Below, in pieces: positions 62,929 to 64,000 of a stretch of DNA of 64,000 nt. The stretch lies in NCBI GenBank assembly GCA_001662655.1, contig KV460262.1. One strand, 5' to 3'. Position 1 is the first letter of the stretch, and each line of letters starts with the position of its first letter. The notes below the pieces were generated by a model, which did not search any database, was not told the DNA's origin, and was given only the letters and a program-made list of their open reading frames with translations. The DNA is from Pseudogymnoascus verrucosus. Lineage: Eukaryota. A program made the position numbers and the translations under genes.

Positions 62929-63706
62929 GTCTGTAGCTCTCTTGAGAGTAGAAGCTAGCCGGAGTGCTGAATTCAATATGTGATGTCGTAGACGATTTGA
63001 GTAGAGCTGCCTATTTCAATGCCCAATATCCGATGCCTGATGGCGTCTCTCACACGGGTTTATTGGGTTGGTAACAGCTCTTTTGTAGAGACAGTGAATG
63101 GATATTCTAGTTGAATCGAGATGGCGGAGTCAGAGAGATTATGGAGTAGAAATTAGACTTTTTAGGAGTGTCTATACAATATGATATATGGGTGAGAATG
63201 GGATGGAACGGCGGGGGGGTGTGACGAAGTATTTAGTTGGGAGAGGAGGTAAAAAAGATGTATCCGGCCCTGGCTGGACACTGTCACCGATCCGATTTCC
63301 CAGCCATGTAGATGTACTTACACTATCTAAGCTAGACAGGTATATGTTTGGTGTTGGGCATTGCAGGATGGTACTTTCCACTTCTAACAATATGAAGTCA
63401 CTCCTGATGTCATATCTCAGTTTCCGGGCCTTGGCCAAGATGTTGGCAAGACACGCGTCCGGCACCCAGTTGATTCTTTCCTGCTATTTATATCCACACC
63501 CCCACCAACGGCCGCAGTGCCTAACGTACACACCCCCACCAAAAACCTGAGGACGTAATTGATGACTAATCATCAAAGGGTTCTTATCGCAGACGTCACT
63601 GCCCCTAACGGATCCTTATCGCGATGAAGCTTACTGTTTTTGGACAGCTCCCAAAGGCCGAGACATTCGCCAAATAAGTAGGGATATCAGAATGAACCAT
63701 CACTAA

Positions 63707-64000
63707 ATGGCTCTCGTCGACTATAACTCCTCCAGCGACGATGAAGAGCTTCAAGATGGAGAAGATAGTTCCGCAGCTAAAAAGGAGGGAAACCCAACAG
63801 CAGCAGCCCCCTCGACAAACACTCCAGGCACCCTCAATCCTCCACGAAATACCCTAAAACGGAAACACGAAGCTGCGCCGCCCTCCCCCCTCCCCCCCTT
63901 ACCCTCCCGCTTCCTCGACCTCTACGCCTCCAACTCCCGCGCCAGCGCCCGCGACGACCCCTCCCTCCACGGCGGGCGCAAACGCACTACGCCGCATATC
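63707..64000 (+). CDS. USB1: U6 snRNA 3'-end phosphodiesterase Usb1/Mpn1 (5' part, runs off the window)
   Basis: MALVDYNSSSDDE start and LPPLPSRFLDLYAS...DDPSLHGGRKRTTPHI, characteristic of the Usb1 N-terminus. Confidence 0.85.
   Translation, partial: MALVDYNSSSDDEELQDGEDSSAAKKEGNPTAAAPSTNTPGTLNPPRNTLKRKHEAAPPSPLPPLPSRFLDLYASNSRASARDDPSLHGGRKRTTPHI

Overview
Gene-dense 64 kb of a filamentous ascomycete (Pezizomycotina) nuclear chromosome, judged from short GT-AG introns with CTAAC/CTGAC branch sites and fungal-type proteins. About 28 protein-coding genes, mostly housekeeping: STI1, a GPALPP1/DUF3752 protein, VPS8, alanyl-tRNA synthetase, a GrpB-family protein, a MidA/NDUFAF7-like methyltransferase, a cysteine synthase-like protein, TFIIS, RNase P p30, CK2 alpha, CPT1/EPT1, a PX protein, an IQ-motif protein, Sas4, TAF2, Cdc26, mitochondrial RRF, Hsp70 SSB, an Rsc4-like bromodomain protein, CKS1, ERO1, Pal1 and the 5' end of USB1, plus a few unknown or secreted proteins. 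I found no tRNA, rRNA, CRISPR array or intact transposon. Three features stand out. (1) A tandem array of five ~55-nt hairpin-forming repeats with varying stems fills the unusually long third intron of SSB. (2) A perfect 157-bp inverted copy of SSB coding sequence sits just after the stop codon of the convergent RRF gene. (3) A spliced, very divergent SUMO-like gene ends in Gly-Gly-stop; the ORF track misses this C-terminus. All gene identities come from motif recognition by eye, not database searches, and exon boundaries were read manually.
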